Of a stretch of DNA of 64,000 nt, positions 23,142 to 38,100 are shown one piece after another (the stretch's first letter is position 1; each line of letters opens with the position of its first letter). The notes under the pieces are model-generated. The model searched no databases, was not told where the DNA came from, and worked only from the letters and a program-made list of their open reading frames with translations. The DNA is from Eledone cirrhosa (lineage: Eukaryota): positions 310,001-374,000 of the forward strand of contig OZ024758.1 in NCBI GenBank assembly GCA_964016885.1, written 5' to 3'. The position numbers and the translations under genes are program-made.

Positions 23142-26100
23142 CTTTAATTTAAAATAAAACAAAGTATATTAAATGGAGTAATTTACAATTTGATTGGCAT
23201 TAGGTAGGGCATCCAACCGTAGAAACCTAGCCAGAAACAGTTCTATATAAATAAGGCATGGTCACCTGACCCAACTTACTTCAAATGGGATGACCCATCT
23301 AACACATTCCAGTGTGGAAAATGGACGTTAAACGATGATGCTGATCCACTCTAATAAACTCTTGATTTCTCTTTCTAGCATATAACTAATGTGTATTTTA
23401 TTACTAAACATGACTTGAACTTAAAAGCTCTAAAATATCGAAAAAAAATGGCTGACCAAGGTACTCTCATGGAATGACAAAATGAGGTTTATTTTTCAAC
23501 ATAGTCCCTGGAAAGAAACAATGCAATGACTAATAAGAGTTGAAATTATTGCATGCAAGATTTCACAGCTCTCGCGTCACTCCTTCATTGCCAGCCTATG
23601 GACTTTTCAGTCGAACCTTGTATTAAGTGAAGTCCATAGGCACTTCATAAGCTGATCGAGATACTCTCATGGAATGACCAAATGAGTTTTATTTTTCAAC
23701 ATAGTTCACAGAAAAAGAAAATGCATCTATTAATAAGAAGAGTTGAAATTATTGCATACAAGATTACACAACTTTAGCATCACTCCTTCATATTCAGCCT
23801 ATGAACTTTTCAAACAACCCTCCTTTTGCTGTAGCTGATCAGAATTCTCTCACCTTTTTCTGTTCAAATTAGCTGTAACCAGCTGGTCATACTGATGTTA
23901 AGGTATTGTTCTCAAAATAAATAATTGTTTCTACTTTTAGCACGTAAATAATATCAAAATCACATTGATTTGATATTATGTGAGATAATTATGCGAGATA
24001 ATTATGTGAGGTAAGCCTTTGCCGTGAAAATATAGTAGTAAATATAGAGTATTGTAAATGCTAAAGGGTTAAGAGAAATCTGAGGTAGTGTGCTGGAGAG
24101 AATACCGTGTTGGTATTGACATTTAATCTGCATGGATATTGATCATTGAGTGAAGAGGTGCCAGGAAATACCAATGGGAGGAAGCTGCAGCAGAGAAAGA
24201 CCAAGAAAAACCTGGGAAGAGGTGGTGAGAACTGACCTCAAATCGCTGAGACTCACAGCAGACCGACGAAGGAACACGACAAGTGGAGAGATACTGTGTT
24301 GAGAAGGACCCGTCTAACCAATGTAAGCATGGAAAAACGGGTGTAAGTACGACGATGATGATGATGACAAGAAACCAATAAAGCTCAGAGGTCTCCATAT
24401 TATCATTTCTATCCAAGTTTTTGAAAAAGTTTACATTCTACAGGGCAGACTGACATTTAGTGCTCTGGAGTTGATCAAATAAATACCAGACAATTATCAA
24501 AGATTGTTTCAGTAGGCTCTACCATGCCCTTACACATTTTTTGTCAGGAGCAAATATATGATAATTATTTAATTGTAGTTTGTTTGAAGCATTGTATATG
24601 ATATATATAATGTGGAAAGAGATAGAAGGGTAAACAATGCAAAATTGACTGTAAGATGAGGTAACTAAAAAGTAAGTTACCTGGTAATCTTTGTTTGTTT
24701 TTTGGTGTTGCTGTTCTTTCTTCTCTTCTATTATTTCGAGACCTAAAAATCCTTTCTTAGAAGAGCAACATCAAAAAACAAAAAGATTACCAGGTAACTC
24801 TCAATTTTGCATTGTTTAGCCTTCTATCTCTTTCCACATTACATAAGATAATTATTCTTACTAAAAATGGTGTCTTTATTTAAGTATTTGTTGTACTTAC
24901 TGAACTCTGGATGAAACACATTACTTTGTAACGGTCTTGAATCTGTTGAGACGGTTGTAGTCATTCGGCTAGGAGTAGAATATTCCTTGAAGTTATTCCT
25001 ATTTTCAATAAGTGTTATTTCATCATCAGTTGTAGGTCTTGTCATTTCCAAGCGAAGTTCTTTATTTGTTGTGTATTGTAGTAGTTGTTGTGAGTCTGAA
25101 AATGTTGAATGTCTTACTAAACTATACTATGAATATAACTGGAAGAAATTTAACTATAAAACAATGAAAATAATAGAATACAAAAACAAACAATAAAAAC
25201 AACAAATGATAATGAATTCATTTGATGAATTACAAAATACAATGTTTACATGACAAAAAGTGCCCAGTCCACACTGTAAGGTGGTCGTGCTGGTGACACA
25301 ACACAAAGCATTTCGTTCACTCTGTAAGGGGATCATTTTGGTGCTATGATAAAAAGCACCCATTCCACACTGCGACATGGTTGGTGTTTAGGAAGGGCAC
25401 CAGCTGCAGAAACCAAGTCAAAACGATGTTTCCTTTGGCTTTTCCAATAGCTGATACTATCTTCTAGTCAAAATTCCTGAACATATCATATCACCCTATC
25501 TGGGAATTAAACTCGCAACCTCACGAATGTGAATCCAAATCTCTAGCCACTTAGCCATGTACCTTCATGAATTTATGAATACCATCTTAATAATGAAATA
25601 ATTATCTTTAGTAAATCCATTCAAATTCTTCATTAATTCAAATATGGTCTGGTCCATTGGAAATATGGCTCGGTTCGTTAAAAATATGGCACGGCCTGTT
25701 AGAAATATTATACGGCCCATTATAAATAAGTTATGGTCCATTAGAAATCTGGTATGGTCCATTAGAAATATGGTACGGTCCATTAAAAATATGACTATGA
25801 AAGGGTTTAACGGAGATTAAACTGGATCAATTTCTTGTTGCATTCTGCAAGCTTGTGGGATGATTTGAGCTCAGCACTGCAAATTAACAACTGTACACTT
25901 TACTACTGCAACAATCAATAAGTTGCACCACTTGCATGGATTTCTGTGACTCTCACCAATCAATTTTATTTTATTGTTCATCATATTCAGGAAGTCAGAG
26001 GGATTGCAGTTTATGTTATCACAAATCTGCTTGATATAGGTCTTGGCTTGTGGTCTTCTGCTAGCTCTCTCTTGTGTAGTTCCCTACTGTAACATCTTTA

Positions 26101-29100
26101 TAACATACTTTGCAATTAAGGTCTTCAGTGCCGTAGACAAGATAACCCCTCCTAACATGTTTGAACTCTTTTCCAACAGTTCATAACTTCAAAGCTAGAT
26201 GCGGGTTACTAGTTTACTGATGTGGTGTTTGTCAATCATTCAGATATGTATTGTTAATAAATGTTTGTTTAAAAAAATAGTCATTTTACTGAAAAAGAAA
26301 CAACCCAGGAGAGGACCTGTAGCTGTGTAAAATATATGTGGCAGTCAACTGGTTAAAGATTAAGTACTTATGCCCATAGGATGGAAGCAGAGTTGGTGAC
26401 AAGAAAAAAACTGAAGAAGTTTCATCTGTTAAGGTGTCTCTATATAGGAAATGATTATTCAATCAAATGCCAATAACCAGATATATTATCTAAAAATATT
26501 ATATACATGAGGATCAGTTGAAAAGTTAATAGGCTGAGCAAGACGCTCTCATGGAATGACCAAATGAGGCTTATTTTTCAACATCCTCACTGGAAAGAAA
26601 CAAGACAGTTATTAATAAAACGAGTTGAAATTAATGCATACAAGATTTCACAGCTCTAGCATCACTCCTTCATAGTCGGCCAATGAACTTTTCACTCCAC
26701 CCTTGTAGAACACTACACAATACATCATATAGATGAACATTACAAGCTTAATTAGTAAGGGGCTCACCATTTGACTCTAGGGATCCAGTGCTTTCATTTA
26801 CATCCATTTTGTGACTAGGTCTCTTGGTCTGTGTTGTAGTAACAACATTTGCAGAAGAATTTTGTACATTACATACACTACTTAAGAGATGTTGAACTGG
26901 TCCTTTTTGGCTGGAAATATGAGAATAAGAGAAATTTGGTAAGTGATAAAAGATAAGAATAACGGTTTCTTATTTAGAAACAAAGTCACAGATTTAACCC
27001 CAGCTATGAAGTGTCTGTACATTGGTCAAGGTTTAAACCTTTAGCATTTACATTACTCTATATTTACTTGTGTATTTTCATGGTAAACACATTATCTCAC
27101 ATAATATCGAATCTACGAGATTTTGATATTTATTTTGAGAACAATATCTTAACATAAGTATGAACAGTGGGTTTAAACAGAAAAAGGTGAGAGGATTCTG
27201 GCCGGATAGGGCTGTTTTAAATGCTAAAGGGTTAAAGAAGGAATTTCTATCATGAATCTAATATGAGCTTGAGCTGTACTTACTCTTAGAATGAAGTTCA
27301 GCTGAAAAGTTCATAGGCTAATTATGAAGGTGATGCTAGATCTGCAAAATCTTGCATGCATTCATTTAAGAATCTGTTTTGGTGGAATCATCACACGATT
27401 GTTGCAAGATACAAACTGGTAAATTTCAAAAATGCTATCCATTCGCAAGTGACCTTTACAGAATAGGTCTTACTAAAATTTAAGTGCAATAAAATAAAAG
27501 CAAAAGAGAAATGAAAATTAAAAAAATACCATATTTCAGAAACTAGAGTTTGTTTATCTGATGAACAATCTTGACCTTCCTCTCTGTTTGTATTTCTATT
27601 ATTTGAAACAGGAATTGGTGCTTCTATGATGGGTATTATCTTTGAGTGATGATATTTCATTGCTTGTTCCTTCAATTCATATTCTTTGCTAAGAATATCC
27701 TTGATCTACAATAAAAAATAAACAGCAGTTACTGTAAAATGAGTCAAACACCACTAACACTAAGTCTGTGTTTACCAAGTGTAATCAGGTTCACATAACT
27801 TCCATAAGTTACAGGACAGTTATAATTCATTTATGTAAAAACTACAACAGTTTTATAGAATTCATTAATATTTTGTTGGCTTAGCTTGTTGGAATTTTCT
27901 GGATATGCCATCTACAATAAATACAACAAACTAGCATCATAGCATATGGAAAATTTACCATATATACTCAAATATAAGCTGAGGAATATGTGATAAAAAA
28001 GAAAAAAGATGGTAAAAATGGAGGGGTCAGCTTATATACACCATCTAAACAATGTGTTGATTAGCTGCCTCAGCTTATAAATGGGGTTTGGATTTTTGCC
28101 ATTTCTCAGACAAAATAGGGGTTAGCTTATATTCGAATTGCCTTATATTTGGATCAGCTTTTATTCAAGTATATATGGTATCTCTTAGAATTTCATGAGC
28201 CTAAAGTTGCTATTTTATGGATCCCTACAATTAGTTGCATAATTGAAGGAAACTTGTGTCAGCTAGAAATAAAAATTGGGTTGGGATTTTACATTCTATC
28301 TGGAGCTAATGTTTGTTCTACCTCAAATATAAACAGTTACATACATTTTCCATAAGTGATGAATGCATTGATATTACTTTAATGGCATTAGCATCATAGA
28401 AGTAACCTAGTCTATTGACAGAGTTCTTGCAGTCTTACTCTAATGGCATCCAATTGCTATTCTAGTAAAGTCATCAATGTAACAGTAATATATTGGAGTT
28501 GGTCAATTGACTGCTTGCTGCTATTTCTACTTACTCATCATCATCATCATCATCATCGATACCATCAATTAGCTGCTGTCTACTACTTCTTATTGAAGAC
28601 TGTCATTTTTGTTTATGTTAAACATATGTGGTGCCACAGTTGAGGAGGGAAATGGGTATCAAAACAAGAACAATGAACATGACTAATATGAAAGAAGCTG
28701 AAGTCCTACCAACCTCAATTTTCACACATGTTATTCTAATGAGAAGGTTTACTTGGCCAGAGTGGCTTTATTTATTTATTTAATCAATTTAAATGTCTGC
28801 ATAGAGGTAGTAAGCCATGACAGATTAGGGAAAATATCTAGTACTAAAAACAAGATAGGCTTAACCCTGAAGCATCTAAACCACCCGTATCTGGCTAGAA
28901 TTTCCTCATCTCTTTCTGCTCATAAATGGCTGTAAATGGCTACTCCTACTGATGTTAAGGTATTGTTCCCAAAATAAGTAATATCAAAATCTTGTAGATT
29001 CGATATGTGAGGTAAAGCCTTTACTGTGAAAATACAATAGTAAATATAGAGTAATGTAAATGCTAAATGGTTAATGAATCATATCCTAATAAGCTGTGAC

Positions 29101-32100
29101 ATTAGCAGATTGTCTGAGACCTTCGTCAATATTCAGTTAAGAAACAAACAATCAGTGTAAAACTAATGAAAAACAATAAAAAAACCCAAATATATTTAGT
29201 TTTACCTGAGACTGTAAATCATTTGGTATGATATCATTAACTATCTTCAGGTAATTAACAACAAACTCTAAAATTGATGCCATATCCGTTTTCCTGCCTC
29301 TCACATATGGTAAAAGTACCCTTAACTGACAACAGCTTTCTTTGATGCGCTCTCTAGAAATAGAATAAATTTATACATGTTAACAATTACTGACCATCAT
29401 CATCATCACCCTCATCATCACAACAATGAAAGATAAAGATGAGATCCTATTGATTCAACTATCCTGACTATCTCATGAAAGGTAAAGATCAAAGATAACT
29501 TACAATTCAAGACTGTTACGCTCAACTTACCGACGTAACTTTTCCTTGGCTGAATGATTACTTAAATTTGAAATGTTTGAAGGTTTCAATTGACTAGAGA
29601 ATTTAGTTGTACATGGTTGACCTTCTATCGCAGCAGACTGCTCTAATTCAGGAAATTGGGGTTTAATTACTTCAATGTCATCAACACTGGAGAGAAATCA
29701 GAAAGCGAAATTAACATTTTTTAGCAGTCACATATGCTGGGGGTATATGCAGACCCCTCCCTCACAACCAAACAACATTTTAATGAGTCACCTCCATGCT
29801 CACTAATTATTCAAAATGTTGAGCAGAAAGTGAAAATAAGTTGAAAATCAATGTTGCTATGGTACACCAACTCTGCTTTTTAACTTGCTTTTCAATCTCA
29901 ATGTCCAGACACATACATTCTGTATGCATCAGCTAGGGCTTCATACAAGTCTTCTTTTGAAGGCATAGGGAAATCCCCCTTGTCTTTTGGAAAATTTAGC
30001 TATGTCCCCTTCCTCTTTAACATTCCATGATAAAGTCATTAAGCAAGGAGGCACTATCCTTTGTGAATGAGGTGCTATCTTTTATGAGATTCTTCTCCAT
30101 TAGCTGGCTAAAGATGAGTCGTTTCATTTGACTCAAAACTTTTGCAAAAGATGGAATGTTATTTTTAGTGCTGTCGTGAATGTTCATTTTATTCCCATTA
30201 AAATGAATATTTCCAACAGTATTTCTCTGTCTAGATATCTGATATTTCTTTTTCATTTCATTTGAAAATAAATAAAACTAAGCAACACAGTTTTTGCTGA
30301 TGTATCTGAGAATTGTTTTCAACTAAATTACAGATGGTGAACCCCTGAATTGTATTGGATTCTCCATATGTTAATGTTTTGTTTTGCAAACTACTCCCAG
30401 TTTTAATCACCATAAAGTACTAGATTAAAATATCACTGACCACCACTAATAATAGTACACCATTATCATTTTTACATCCATTTTTCCACGCTTGCATGGG
30501 TTGGATGGGTCATTTTCAGCACCGTGTTCCTTTGTCATCTTTGTGTCTCTCAGCAATTTGAGATCAGCTCTTACGACCTCTGCCCAGGTTTTTCTTGGTC
30601 TACCTCTAATGTGGCTTCTTTCGATTGGGATTTCCTGGCATTTCTTCACCCAATGATCATCATTCATGCACTTCACATGCACAACAGTCTTCTCGCTTGC
30701 ACACCACCTCAGATTCTTAAAAAATGAATCTATTATTTTGTATATTTTGACTGCAGATCTCCAAATTGTGACACGAGTCCTATGAGATGGAATGGATAAT
30801 ACAGCAGGTATCACTGGCTGGTTTTTGGGGATATGCTTTTGCCATTTTGTATGCGGTATAAACCAAGACAAGATATCTTATTTCATGTTACTCCAGTTCA
30901 CTCTGCTGTAGAAATTGTGATGTCACTGGTGCCAAACTGTATTGGCCATTGCCTTTATCCTGGACAATATTGGTGGTGTAGGGAGAGGAGACATGTATGT
31001 AAGAGTGACTGCTGGTCTTCCACAATTAACCTTGCCCATATTTGTGTCTCAAAGGGGAAGTTTCCAGGTGCAAATTCCATGGCCATTCTTGGTTAAAGGT
31101 GGGGTCTAAATATAGCGAAGACAAACTGCTTGTACTGTATTTATATTTGAAAAAGCAATCAGAGTAAGAAACTATTTTCCTTCATTCCTTAATAACTTGA
31201 CCATTTTACTTCTAATGTGTAGAATAGTGTTAGCAACAAAATATAATTACCCGACTAGATTATTTGTAGAACTCACTGCCCCAGAAATATTACCATTTGA
31301 GCAAGTATCTTCAGTCACTTGTTTAGCTTTAAAGAAAAAAAATAGTAATATTAAAATCATCTAATACTATATAAATAAAATGAGAAAAGAGAAAAGAAAC
31401 CATTATTATCATATAGCTTTAGTTAAGCTATATAAATAATAAAGTTGATAAATAGTGATTTGTTAGATTATTATTTAATGAAGAATTGAAGGTGCATGGC
31501 TTTGTGTTTAAGGTATTCAGATCACAATCGTAAGGTCGTGAGTTCGAGTCCCGGTGGCGCATTGTATCCTTGAGCAAGACACTTTATTTCACGTTGCTCC
31601 ATTCCACTCAGTTGTACCTGTAATTTAAAGGAAAAGCCATGTCACATTCGGTGTCATGCTGAATCTCCCAGAGAACTACGTTAAGGGGTACACGTGTCTG
31701 TGGAATGCTTAGCCACTTGCATGTTAATTTCACGGATCAATTGGAACACTTGTCGCCATAACCAAAAAATTACCTTCCTCCTTCCTTCCTCATATAATGA
31801 ACAATAAACTTTGGGAAACATAAGGGGAATCAACTTCAGAGTCCAGATTATATTACTAGGAACTTCTGTATAACTTTTCTGCCACACTGTTACATATTAA
31901 GCCCACAGTGAATGGTCGCAGTTAACAGAATATCTAATGACAGTTCACCCTTATAAGTTCACAGGTAATGCTCTACAATTATAATTTTGGGTTTTAACAC
32001 AATTGTGTATAACGCACACATTATTTTGAAGAAAGGGTTTGAGGAAAAATTTAACAGTATTTTAAAGATATTACAAACATTTAATATGATATTAAAAAAA

Positions 32101-35100
32101 AAATGTTGCAAGCATTTAGACCAAGCCTCCGGTTTGAGGATAACTTCCTACTTTACTCCCACCAGTCCCAGAGGCACTAAAAAAAGAGAGGTGCATGAGT
32201 GCTATCCTTTCCCCTTTGACTAAACCATGAAAACAATGCATGTGATCTAATTAATTGATGGATAATCATCTGAGAGTTGACAAATGTTCATATCCTTCAC
32301 TACTGAGAGTATGTGGTGAAAGACATTTATCTTTAGTTCACTTTCAGAATCAGTGCTAACTCAGTAAATTTGACAAGTGTTGAGTTCCATTTAGCCTGAA
32401 TTTGCACCCCTGCTTAATCAGTATATGAAACTGGAGACAGGGTTTGTACAGAGAGAGAGAAAGATATATAAAATCCCAACCACGGTGTCAAGTGGTTTCG
32501 GCTTGTGTGTTCAGCAAGCCTTTTGAAAGATGAGTCAGCCCTGCAGACTCTCATATATATATATATCATCATCATCATCATTTTATGTCTGCTTTTCCCT
32601 GCTTACAAGGGTGGGACGGGAACTGATTCTGGCTTGATTTCTACAGCTGGATGCCCTTCCTAACATCAACCTCATTTACAGTGAGTGCTGGGTGCTTTTT
32701 TTCCGTGGCGCCTACACGACCTCTTTACAGTATGGGCTGGGTGCTTTTTTGCCGTGGCACCTCCATGACAACTTTGCAGTTTCTAGAGCTGAGTAAACTG
32801 GAGCAATGTGAAATAAAGTGTCTTGCTCAAAGAAACAACACATCACCCGGTCTGAGAATTGAACTCACAACCTTTCGATTGCAAGCCCAATGCTCTAACC
32901 ACTAAGCCATGTGCCTCCATTTATATATATTATATTATATTATATTATATTATATTATATATATGTATATATATATTATATGTATAATACACACACAGCT
33001 AACCTTGATTCAGTTGAACAGTAGTCAATCTGGTGTATATATTTTGGACAATGTTCTTAGTGACTGGCTGAACAATCAGTTCATCAATACCATGGGGTAG
33101 AAGATCAACTGAAAGAAAGTAAATAACCATATATGGTAATTAATTGATCAATTAATTGGTGTCTAAAATAAATTAACAGAAAAGAGAATGACAATTTCCT
33201 AACTAGGAACCACACTTTCTATTTCTTGTGGGAACTGGTCAATTCCTTTTTGTTTATATAACAATATGATTTATATGAATTAAGGCAGTGAATTGGCAGT
33301 ATCAGTAGAGGGTTGGACATCATGCTTTCTAGCATAGTTACGTCCATTTACGGTCTGAGTTCAAATCCCGCCGAGGTTAGCTTTGCCTTTCATCCTTACG
33401 GAGTCGATAAAATAAAGTACCAGTAATGCACTGGGTAATTGCTGGCCTTGTGCCTAAAGTAGAAACAAATATGATTTATATGAATTATTTTCTTTGTTGA
33501 CGTGCAGTGACTTGCTCCCTGCCTCAATTCTTGTCACTTCATCCACAAACTTAGACTCTGCTGCCTACAAAGCAGAGGAGAGGAAGATAGTCAAATATCG
33601 GCTCCTGGCTTCCCCTTTGCACTCGTGTCTGTTAAAATCTCTGGCATCCTGGGTCCTCACACTGCTGATTTCCTCTGTAAAGTCGAAAAGATGACAGCCC
33701 ACTTGAAGAGGGAGCTCCATGAGGTGGGGTGGCTGTTGTAGTGAGGGTCTCTGGCCATACTTCGCAGTAACGATTTTGCTGTTTTGTTTGCAGGGTGTGG
33801 CTGAGGCACCGCTCAGACTGGAGGGGAGTGATTATCCACCTACTTCTTACACTGCTTCATTCTTTTTTCTTTTTCTTTTCTTTTCTTAATTTTCTGTTTC
33901 CTTTAGTAGTTTGTTTTGTTTTTATAAGTATGTATTGTTTAGTTTCAATTATATATAATTTCCTACATCAAAATAATTGTATTTATTGATTTTCTAATGC
34001 AAGCACATATGACATACTCATTCATCATCATCACCGTTTTACGTCCGTTCTTCCATGCTAGCATGGGTTAGACGGGTTGTCCTGTGGTGGGCAGTGTCTG
34101 GTCGGCTAACCATGCCTTGCTCATACAGGAACTGATTTTGGCTTGATTTCTACAGCTGGATGCCCTTCCTAACACCAACCTCATTTACAGTGAGTGCTTG
34201 GTGCTTTTTTTCCGTGGCACCTACACGTCCACTTTACAGTGTGGGCTGGGTGCTTTTTTGCCATGTCACCTCCACGACCACTTTGCAGTGGGAGGGTGTG
34301 GGGCATATTGTCTATATGCTTCAGCTTGTACCCATGGGAGGTCGGGTACTCTGTATTACTGCGTGACGCCAGAGGTCACTGTCGTGTGTCATCGCCTTTG
34401 AGAGGTGTAATTGGGTAAGGTCGGCTTTTATCACCTCATCCCAGGTCTTCTTGGGTCTCCCCACTCCGCGGTCTCCATTGACTTCTAGTGCTCTGCACCT
34501 TTTTATGCAGCTGTCATCCTTCATACGCATCACATGTCCATACCAACGCAACTGCCTCTCCTGCACACAGCATTTGATTCCTCTTATGCTCAGTCTCTCT
34601 CTCAATTCATTTATGCTTTGCCGTTCGCGTATATTACTATTACACATCCATCGGAGCATGCAGGCTTCGTTTCTTTCTAATCTACGTAAGTCTTCCACCT
34701 TCAGCGCCCAGGTCTCACTACCATGTAACATTTGTATACATGCATCATACAGTCTGCCTTTCATTTTGAGGGAAAAGCCTTTTGCAGCTAGCATTTCCCT
34801 GAACTTCTTCCATCCCGTTCTTACCCTAGTTATTGTACTTTCTGAACACCCACCTCCACTGCTAATTCGGTCACCTAGGTAGCAGAAGCTGTCTACTGTT
34901 TCTACAGAGCCCTCCCAGAGATTGGTGGTACTTGTTTCCTGTGGCTGTTTGCTGTCTCAGCACAGCTGCTACATGTGAAGCCTACATTCTTAATTAAGCT
35001 TCCTGAGATCCCGCTACATCTCTTGTGTACCCATTGTTTGCATTTGGGGCAGAGAATGGAGTTCCTACCTACACCTTTCCTACATACTGAGCAAGGCCAT

Positions 35101-38100
35101 TTCCCTGAGGGGATCTGGGTTCTGTTTTCTAGTCTACTTACAAGGACCTTAGTCTTTGTCAGGTTGACTTTGAGACCCTTTCTTTCTAGTCCCTGCTTCC
35201 AAGTTTGGAATTTCTTCTCTAGTTCTACCATAGATTCAGCTATAAGTGCGAGGTCATCTGCATACAGGAGTTCCCATGGGCATCCGGTCTTAAACTCCTC
35301 CGTTATTGCCTGCAGGACTATGATGAACAGGAGAGGGCTAAGAACAGAGCCCTGGTGGACAACTCATTATATATAGTAATTTAGAATATCTTTTCAACTG
35401 TATATAATTACTTCTACTTTTGGATCAAGGCCAGTAATTTGAAGGGAAAGGGAATGTCAATCAAATCAACACCAGTGCATCACTGGTACTTTATTTTATT
35501 GACCCTCAAAGGAAGAAAGGCAAAGCTAACCTCAGGGGGATTTGAACTTTGAATGTAACACCATTTTTCAGAAGACAATCTAGTGTTTAACAGTATTATT
35601 GAAATTTCTCCCAGTTGAAGCACTTGAATTTCCCTCTTTCCACAAACCAATAGATTAAAAAAACTGAGAACAAAAAGCAATAAGTAATCGTCATCTGGTA
35701 ACACATTTAATGTCCAATTAACTCAAAACTAAGATTTAGTATTTGTGATTTAAACACTAAAAATATCTACAATTGATGCTATGTAGCATTACATTTAATG
35801 ACTAATGAAATCTTAATGAATGTTTGGGTTAGTGATATTACTGAGTTATATAGTGAGAACAATCACATTAATCTTAATTTTGATTATCAAATAACAATAG
35901 CAAAGGGTGTTGGGCTTTAGCCCAGTATTCATGACTGAAAAAATAATCATCTTTCAGTTATTGTATTGAAAATTTTATTAAACGGAGAAGCTATGTCCAA
36001 CATAAGTAACAATCAAAAGACAAGGAATTGAACATTCATAGTTGCCTTTCAGTAGCGAAATGGCAGTTATTAAGGACTGTAAGCATGCATGATACTGTAG
36101 ACCCCGAGGAAGTTATAGGGGCACTGTATTGACATACGTTTCTTGGGAATTTTAAAAAACATGGCTGATTCTTTCTCCTCCCCAGGTCTGAATACAGCAG
36201 ATTTCTCCCAAAAGATGATGGAGAGTGAAAGAATGGAAGTAAGAAAGAGAAATAGAAGAAGAATCGACCCCAGTACTAGACTGGTACTTTCTTTTTATTT
36301 ATCTCGAATGAACGAAAGGCAAAGTTGACCTCAGTGAGTTTTGAACTCAGAAAGCAGGGAGCTCAAATGGATACTGCAAAATATTCTAACCGACGTTCTA
36401 ATGACTGCCAATTACAAGGGAAGGACAGTTACAGCCAAAGGGCTTTCAATAAGGCAACAATACAGAGGTAGTCACAGCCATTCAATTAGATATATAAAGT
36501 AAGAAAACTTACCATTAATTTGAAGTTGTGAAACCCAAATAATAGCTGTCTTCTTGTTATATTTACTGAAATGTCTAAACAAAAATACATTCTATAACAA
36601 ATGAAATTATAAATATAAAATAAAATAAAAAAAAAAATTTCTACACATACTCAAGAAAATTCTTGCCTATGGGGGACACTAATTAATTATACCAATACAG
36701 TAATACAATACTATTTATATAAGCAAAATGATGTTGGACTTTATAACAGTTTCTGAAAAAAACAATGAAATAATTTTTAATAAATTTATTAAGAAAGGTA
36801 CTAAAATTCTTTTTTATCTCAAAATGTTCTTATGAAACCAGGAGTCATCTCATACGAAAAGGTGTCCAATAGGCCAGAAAATACGGAATATATTTCTTTA
36901 AGTCTCACAACCAACGCTTTCATTTTTGTTGAAACATGGCTTTAGTAAATTCTCTACAATAGAAGTTATATTTATAATGGACATTTTCTTGGTTTATTTT
37001 CTTTCTTTTACGCTGATACATGGGAAGAATATTTCAAACTAGGACATCAGGGAACAACCAGTCATATAATAATTACCAAAACGTGAAGAAACAAGCTGTA
37101 TATATATATATATATAGATATATATATATAAGGTCATTGCAACAACATCACAGAACAAGCTACTACATAAATAAAACAAAATAAAGTATTAAAATATATA
37201 ATTTTTTTCCAGAACTTACTTAATAGATGTTGTGAGACGAAGTAACTCTTGGTTAATTGGTGGGTTGATTAATAACCAAATCAGACTATAGGTTTGCCTG
37301 TTGCACTTCTCATACGCATTGCTATGTATACACATATGCACTTGATGACCAACAGTGGTATGAACTATAATTTCAGCCAGTGAAGTCCGCCATCTTAAAT
37401 TGCCTACCACCAAGGTATCAGCTGAGCAAATCAGTGTTGGTGGTAATGATGATGAGGTAGTTGACATTGGAGGGCCATCTGAAGGTGCTTGTAGATCAAT
37501 TGTAAATGGTGAGACTGGCGAAAGGGATTGAGCTGAGGGTGCTGTTGGTGGTGAAGCAGAATTATTAAAGCATTCAAGAGATGTAGTCATGGATGCTCCG
37601 GAATCACATAATACTTCTGAACTTGTTCGGATCAAATCTGATGAGGTGTGTAAATCTAGACTTAAGTCTTCTGAGTGTTTTTCAGTGGAAGTGTTTGTTG
37701 AAATAAGGTTGCACTGTTCTGAACCATCTGGAGTTCTGAGACTGGAAGTGACACCAGTAAATTTCTTTTCATCATCATCGTTGACCTAAATGAGAAGAGA
37801 TTTAATAAGTGGCTTCAAATTACAATCAAGAAAACATCGTTACATTAATAACAGTGAAAATTAATTTCACATAAATTTATATTTATCAAGAGAGAGTATT
37901 AAAATTTACATGATATATATTTACATAGAAAAAAAAAGATATAAATATTATCAGAATAGTTAAATCATAGTACTATGTTTAATAGAATACCTATCAACTT
38001 TAATAGTAAACCATACTAACATATAGTGCTGCTTTCAGTTAGGTTTGATACATTGTTGACAGCTGTCTTGGACAGTAACACCACCACCAGCAAATTACAT

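Noticed and set aside
32475-32545. Hammerhead-like stems on the minus strand (GGCTTG/CAAGCC-GAAA-CCAC/GTGG)
   Set aside because: The CUGANGA core is missing, so it is at best a dead remnant.
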